Assembly (NCBI RefSeq): GCF_009914755.1
Contig: NC_060936.1
Length of the DNA: 64,000 bases
From: the human T2T-CHM13v2.0 reference genome, Homo sapiens
Strand: one strand, 5' to 3'
A program made the position numbers and the translations under genes. Under the pieces are notes generated by a model. It saw only the letters and a list, made by a program, of their open reading frames with translations. It was not told where the DNA came from and made no database searches. Below, one piece after another: positions 57,214 to 64,000 of this stretch (its first letter is position 1; every line of letters begins with the position of its first letter).

Positions 57214-59403
57214 GCACGGGATTATTTCTTTGGCACACTTCACAGGCCCTGACTATCTGCTTGATAGTTTCAAAAAGGCCTGGTCCAGTAAATAATGATT
57301 TGGCCATCTGATGGGTGCTATCAATGCCTAAGTGAAAGGTTTGGTGAAGGGTTTTAAGTAATTTCCATTGGTTAGCTGCAGGCAGAAGTATTTTTTCTTC
57401 TTCAGTGGCTAGCCATCTTGAGGGGAGGAAACTATGTTCTCATGAGGTTCCCCATTCTATTTCTTCTGCTGAGTACTGGGGGTTGGTTTCCCAGAGGGGA
57501 TTACCCCATACTAGGTGTCTTTCTATAAGCATTTCTAATGGAGGGTCCTGCCTTGAGGCTCTTTTGGCTTCAATATCCGCTTGGCAGTTCCCTTCTATTT
57601 CCCTTTCCTTTCCTTTCGGATGACCCCAGCAGTGTAAGACTGCCACCTCTTCAGGTTTCTGTACAACCAATAATAATCTCCTAATGGCTTCCTGATGTTT
57701 GATAGGTGTTCCCTCGGAAGTTAGGAATTCCCTTTCTCTCCATATTGATGCATGGGCATGGAGGACTAGGTAAGCATACTTAGAGCCTGTATTTATATTT
57801 ACCCTTTTTCCTTCTCCGAATTCTAGTGCCCAAGTGAGGGCTACCAGTTCTGCCAGCTGAGTGCTAGTTCCTGGAGTGAAGGGATTACTTTCAAGTATTC
57901 CATTATCACTGACCACTGCATATCCCGCTTTTTGAAGTCCTTTTTGTACAAAGGAACTTCCATCAGTATACAAGTTGAGGTCGGGATCAGTCAAGGGAAC
58001 CTCTAAAAGGTCCCCTCGAGTGGCGTAGGTTTGAGCAATTACTTGTTGACAGTTATGTTCTATCTTTTCTTCATTGTCTGGAAGAAATGTGGCTGGGTTA
58101 AGAGTTGCACAAGTGCGCAGTTGCAGCACTGGCCCTTCAAGTAATAGAACCTGATATTTAAGTAAATGGTTATCTGACAGCCACAAGTCTCCTTTAGCAG
58201 TGAGTATGCTGTTCACATCATGAGACGTCCACACAGTAAGATCTCTTCCCTGTATCATTTTAACTGCTTCAGATACTAAGACTGCTACTGCCGCCACTAC
58301 CCATAAACAATGAGGCCAACCCTTTGCAACAACATCAATTTCCTTACTCAGGTATGCCACGGGTTACAAGCTCATCCCTCGGACCTGTGTAAGGACTCCT
58401 AGAGCTATTCCTGTTTTTTTTCTGTGACATAAAGAAAAGTCATGCCCCGTTGGCAAGCTTAACACTGGGGCTTAGGTTAGGGCCTTCTTTAGGGTCTGGA
58501 AAGCTGCTTCTGCTTCAGGTGTCCATCTTACTAAATGGGTATTGGCTTTCCGAGTCTCCTTAATTAGTGTATATAATGGTCTGGCTATTTTGCCGTACCT
58601 GGGAATCCATATTCGGCAGAAACCTGTTATGCCAAGGAACGCTCTTAGTTGCTTTAGGGTTTTGGGATGAGGATAAGCCAGTATAGGCTGGATACATTCC
58701 TCACTGGGGGCCCTGGTGCCTTTGGGTAATTTTAGCCCTAAGTATTTAACCTGCTGTGAGCAGAGTTGAGCCTTTGGTTTGGAAACCTTGTAACCACAGG
58801 TAGTGAGGAAATTTAAGAGTGCTTGGGTGGCTTGATGGCACAAGGTTTCTGAACAGGCAGCTAAAAGTAAATCATCCACATGCCAAAGGACAAGAGTGTC
58901 CAGGTATGAGAGCTGGCTCAAGTCTTGGGTTGATGCCTGGCCAAATAGATGGGGGCCATTCCTGAACGCTAGGGGTAAAACAGTCCAGGTGAGTTGAGAT
59001 GTTGAGTTTGAAGGATCTTCAAAGGCAAACAAGAATTGAGAGTCAGGATGTACAGGGATGAAGAAAAGGGCATCCTTAAGGTCCAGGAGTATAAACCACT
59101 CTGCTTTCTCTGGTATTTGGGAAAGCAGAGTGTAAGGGTTAGGTACAGCTGGGTATAGAGGAACAACAGCCTCATTGATAATCCTGAGATCTTGCACTAA
59201 CCTCCACTGTCCGTTGGGTTTCTATACTCCTAAAATTGGAGTATTGCAGGGTCTATTGCATGGTTTTACTAGGCCTTGGGCTTTTAGGTCCTTAACAATA
59301 TTTTGGAGTCCTTGTTGGGCCTCGGGTCTAAGGGGTACTGCTTTTGGTAGGGAAAGGAGGTGGAATCCTTTAGTTTAACTTGAACAGGATGGGCATTCTT
59401 TGC
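57214..59403 (-). pseudogene. pol: HERV-W pol remnant: RT, RNase H and integrase zinc-finger only
   Basis: ORFs 58472-59197 (QDLRIINEAV, LDLKDA, HVDDLL instead of YVDD) and 57440-58360 (YTDGSS RNase H). Integrase H..H..CEVC at ~57230-57350. Stops and frameshifts. Confidence 0.93.
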
Positions 59404-59817
59404 TCATCCATATTGTCCTTCTGTTGCCCAGACTTCAGGATTAATTCCTTCCTCAAGCAGGGGACAACAAACAGGTGTTCCTTCTCCTATGTTCAGGTGT
59501 ATAACGGCCCCTGCTTTGGCTAGGATGTCTCTCCCTAACAAGGGAGTGGGGCTTTCAGGCATAATTAGAAAAGCATGTGAAAAGAGTAAAGTTCCCCAGT
59601 CACAACTTAGTGGCTGGGAGAAGTATCTAGTGACTGGCTGTCCTAGGACCCCTCGGATAATGACAGATCTGGAGGACAGTTGTCCAGGACAGGAGAGTAA
59701 GACTGAGAAGGCTACGCCAGTGTCCAGGAGACAGTTAACCTCCTGGCCCTCAATGGCCAAGCATACTGGAGGCTCTGTGAGGGTGCTGGCATGGGCTGGC
59801 ACTTGCCCTGGGCACCC
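59404..59817 (-). pseudogene. pro: HERV-W protease remnant
   Basis: ORF 59404-59802 with LLDTG catalytic motif and PLLGRDIL. Confidence 0.93.
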
Positions 59818-61278
59818 TCAGTCCTGCTGCTGGATTATCTGGTTAGTGGCTTCTGACTCAGAGGACCTTCATCCCCTGGGTCAGTGGGCCTTCCAGTGAT
59901 TCCCTTGGCATAAGGGGCATGGACGAGGGGGTGGCTTATTTCTACTTGGACAATCTTTTTTAAAGTGTCCTTGTAGACCACACTGGAAGCAAGCCCTATT
60001 AGGCATTCAATTTTCCCAGCTTTTCCCTTTTCCAGAGGCTCCAAAGTCCGCTTGCCTGAGGGCCATGACTAAAGCGGTGGCCTTTTTTGTATCCTGTTTG
60101 TCCCGTTCCACTTGCTCCTCCTGATCTCTATTATAAAAAACCGAGGTTGCCAAGTTCAATAGGGTTTCTAAGTTTTGCTCCAGGCCTAAGGCAGACTTTT
60201 GAAGTTTTTTTTTCTAATGTCTGCAGCTGACTGAGTGATAAACTTATCTTTTAAGATTAGTTGGCCTTCAATAGAGTCAGGTGACAGGGAGGTATGCTTC
60301 CTCAATGCCTCCCTTAGTCTCTCCAGAAAGGCAGTAGGATTTTCTTCCTTTCCCTGTTATAGTGGACATCATTGAATAATTCATAGGTTTCTTCCTAGTT
60401 TTCCTTAAGTCCTTCTGGCACGCAAGTTACCAAATATCTGCGACACCAATCTCCATGTTCTGATTCTGTGTCCCAGTGGGGGTCTACACTGGGAACTGCC
60501 TGCTGGCCTGTGGGGAATCGTTCTCTTTCCTCTGTTGTCATCCTATCATTGACCTGAGTGAGATACCAGAGATCGCCAAACTCTCAGGCTGCAGTTATGG
60601 CGGCACTTCTCTCATTTGGGGTTAGTGTCTGATTTAGCAGTAACATTATATCTCTCCATGTCAGATCAAAGGATTATCCTAACCCTTGTAAAACATCAAT
60701 ATAGCCATCAGGGTTATCTGAGAATTTACCAAGGTCTATTTTAATTTGCTTTAATCTGAGAGAGAAAAAGGTACATGCACTCTGGCTGGGCCGAATTATC
60801 CTCCTCCCACTGCTTGGAGGGGGCATAATCGGGGAATATTGGCACTCTTTGGTTCCTTGTTTACCCCTTTGTCTATCTCCTTTTGGACAGTTTGGGTTAA
60901 AGGGGGGTCCTTATTAGTTGGGGAAGGAGTCGGGGGCATGCTGGGGTAGGGAGGTAGACTCTGAGGGCTTCCTGTAAGGCATAAATCACACTTTTTACAT
61001 AATTGCGAATTGTCTTTTAATGAAAAGAAAGTTTGTATGTATGGCATTCCACTCCATTTGCCTTTTTTTCTACAAAAGAGGTCTAGCTGTAAGATGGTGT
61101 TATACTTTATACTTCCCCCAGGAGGCCAGGTTTCTCCCTCTTGAAGAGGATATCATGGCCAGGTGGTTCTGCAGAAGAATATAAGTCATTTCTTTCTTAG
61201 CGTCTGAGGGTCAAACTTGTCTCAATTCTCCAGAATACATCTTAGGGGCGTTTTTGCCTTGGGGGGAACATTTCCCTT
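59818..61278 (-). pseudogene. gag: HERV-W gag remnant
   Basis: Start codon mutated (AAG GGA AAT GTT CCC, cf. MGNVP). PPPY late motif in ORF 60796-61047. Zinc knuckles CFQCGLQGHFKKDC and CPLCQGNHWKAH*. Ends ...QQQD-TGA at 59818-59820. Confidence 0.9.
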
Positions 61279-62385
61279 CTGGAAAAAGAACATAGGGATG
61301 CCAGCACCCCTAGTCATTTCCCGTAGAGCATTAGTCCTAGAGTGTCCTCTATGGTACTAATGCTTATTCCTTTCCAGGGTGCACAACCATGGACTTCTGC
61401 TTATCAGATTAGTTAAGCTCACTGATGCAGCAGTCCTGCACTCCTTTTCCCGCCTTTCTTGACCACAAAGAAAGGGGTCTGGGCTGCTGAATTCTAGTGG
61501 TCCTTTACCAGGGTGCCCAACATTGCTTTTGTGCTCAGGGGTGAGTCCTAGAGCTGGGCTGGGTTCCTGAGTATTTCATAACAACCCAGCTGCCCCATCA
61601 AGATGAACTCCCATAAACAGTTCTTATGCAAATTCATTTCAGAGAGGGTGTAGGTAACCTTTTGAGTCAGGATTGAGTAGTCTTTTTTGATTGTGTAAGT
61701 ACTTTAAGGCTTGGCTGAGTGCAAACAGCTCACACGTTTGAGGAGACCAATTATTAGGCAATTTTTCTAACTCTGCTTCCACAAGAGTCTCCCTATCAAT
61801 TACTGAATACTCATTGTGGTTTTTTCCTCAATCACCTGGGAGGAATCATCTATCATCCTGTCCTGAAGGGAATTCCTCCTAGGTCTTTTTGGACTTTTAT
61901 ATGGTAATTAAGATTTAAATCCCCTGTTAGGAAATCTGCTGGGTTAAGGGAATTATCAGTGGTTGGTGTTAAATTACCTTTTTTTAACAGGATAGCCCCA
62001 TACTTTAAGATTTTTGAGTTAGTATGCTACCTTTTTCTTTTTTGACTCAGGATAATTCTGAACTGGTGAGGTGTGCTCACAATGAGGTTTCCTCACAATG
62101 AGGTTTCCTCTAAAAGTTTCTTTTCTACTTTCTTCTGTTAGCAAAGCAGTTGCCGCTACAGATTGAATGCATCGGCGGGTTACAGGGTTAATGAAGGGTT
62201 TTTGATAGGAAAGCTACGGGTTGTCAGTGGTCTCAGTGTTTTCAGGCTACGCCCTTGTTTACACTGACAACAAGGTAGTATTGGAGTGTTATGGGGTCAC
62301 GGAGAAGACCTTCAATTATCAATTATAGGTTTTAAATTTACCCTGGCTTTTAAAGGAATAGGGCACACTGATTTTTACTATTACT

Positions 62386-62610
62386 ATCTTTCTCTTTCTC
62401 TTTGACTCCCTCTTTTTCTCTCTCTCTCCTCTGTCTCTTTCTCTCTCTCCTCTATCTCTCTCCTCCGTCTCTCCTCCGTCTCTCTCTCCTCCATCTCTCT
62501 CTCCTCTGTCTCTCTCTCTCTCTTCCCTCTCTCTCTCTTCCCTCTCTCTCTCCCTCTTCCCTCTCTCTCTCCTCTATCTCTCTCTCTCTCTCTCCCCTCT
62601 GTCTCTCTCT
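62386..62610. repeat. CT-rich (AG-rich on proviral strand) low-complexity tract in the HERV-W pre-gag leader
   Basis: ~225 bp nearly pure pyrimidine on the + strand. Confidence 0.95.
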
Positions 62611-63230
62611 TAGCCATTTACAAACTTGAGGCCCTGGCAAGGGTGGTAGAGAACGGGTCCCACGTAACTGCCCATGTTGAGAGCTGTATACCTAAATCGG
62701 GAGGGACACCAGGGATAAGACTCCCTGGGTTTATTGTCTAGATGCCTAAGGATGCAGCCTAGAGCTTCCTTAGATCCCTTTGGAGATACAACTTGCTAGA
62801 GGAAATGAAGTCTGAACCATTAGTGCCTAGGAGGCAGGGATCAGAGGAAGTAGATTCGGCGGTAAGGAGAATTTTGGGGCTACACTTTCAAGAAAGTCCT
62901 GGTCAGGACCCAGGAGGTATGGGTCAAAAGGAAAGGTAGGGGTGCACACATGGGCGACTGTTAAGTAGAGACTTCTGGCTGTGCCATGATCTCAATGGGC
63001 TAATGCTGGGAGTTCGGGACAACAGGTTTCTGCCTCTAGTCAGCCCTCAGCTTCCCCAAGAAAATTGAAAGTGGAAGCTGGTTGTAGGCTCCCAACCCCA
63101 GATAGCCTCACACCTGAGTCTTAAGTCCGGTGGCCACACTAATCGTTTTTAACTGGCCGACAGGTGCTCGGTATTTTCCTCCAATTCTAAGGAAGGATAG
63201 GAAAGAATAGCAAGTGAAAGTGGTCCGATA

Positions 63231-63240
63231 TTACTCACCA
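63231..63240 (-). promoter_or_regulatory. Retroviral major splice donor
   Basis: Minus strand TG|GTGAGTAA just downstream of the PBS. Confidence 0.7.
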
Positions 63241-63248
63241 TTTTGGAG

Positions 63249-63266
63249 GTCCCTTCGTGGTCGCCA
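63249..63266 (-). promoter_or_regulatory. Primer-binding site, tRNA-Arg type
   Basis: Minus strand TGGCGACCACGAAGGGAC, 3 nt after the LTR CA end. The + strand GTCCCTTCGTGGTCGCCA equals the 3' end of a human tRNA-Arg(TCG) as I recall it. Confidence 0.8.
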
Positions 63267-63269
63267 AAA

Positions 63270-64000
<731 letters not shown>

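Noticed and set aside
57440-59197. 306-aa and 241-aa ORFs as functional retroviral enzymes
   Set aside because: They are pieces of a frameshifted pol, the RT motif is altered (HVDD) and the integrase core is deleted.
62384-62640. Glu/Arg-rich and Ser/Leu-rich ORFs
   Set aside because: Translations of the CT/AG low-complexity tract.

Overview
Primate (human-like) non-coding genomic DNA, AT-rich and dominated by interspersed repeats. I find no supportable cellular protein-coding gene, and all convincing ORFs belong to decayed retroelements. Main features: a 5'-truncated L1PA (2.3-5.0 kb, minus) inserted in a MIR; five Alus with target-site duplications (TSDs); several MaLR/ERV solo LTRs (MLT1, MSTA, MER50, MER54-like); a nested old-L1 stack (28.4-36.7 kb); a near full-length L1PA7-like element (40.3-46.1 kb, minus) with a 3' ORF2 deletion; and a two-LTR HERV-W (LTR17/HERV17) provirus on the minus strand (56.1 kb to past the window end). 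The provirus has decayed gag-pro-pol, a large integrase-to-env deletion and a tRNA-Arg-type primer-binding site. I did not find a convincing new biological system. The most unusual signals are small-scale: a 40-bp near-perfect palindrome carrying back-to-back AATAAA (53864-53903), an inverted copy of flanking sequence inside a TA tract (5153-5408), a ~92-bp local copy of a three-repeat junction (22786-22877), an orphan TSD-flanked poly(A) retro-fragment (20349-20554), an L1 inserted in register into an older L1, and a motif-dense candidate enhancer (52.2-52.9 kb). Repeat subfamily names come from recalled consensus sequences and need RepeatMasker/Dfam confirmation. Boundaries of old repeats are approximate.
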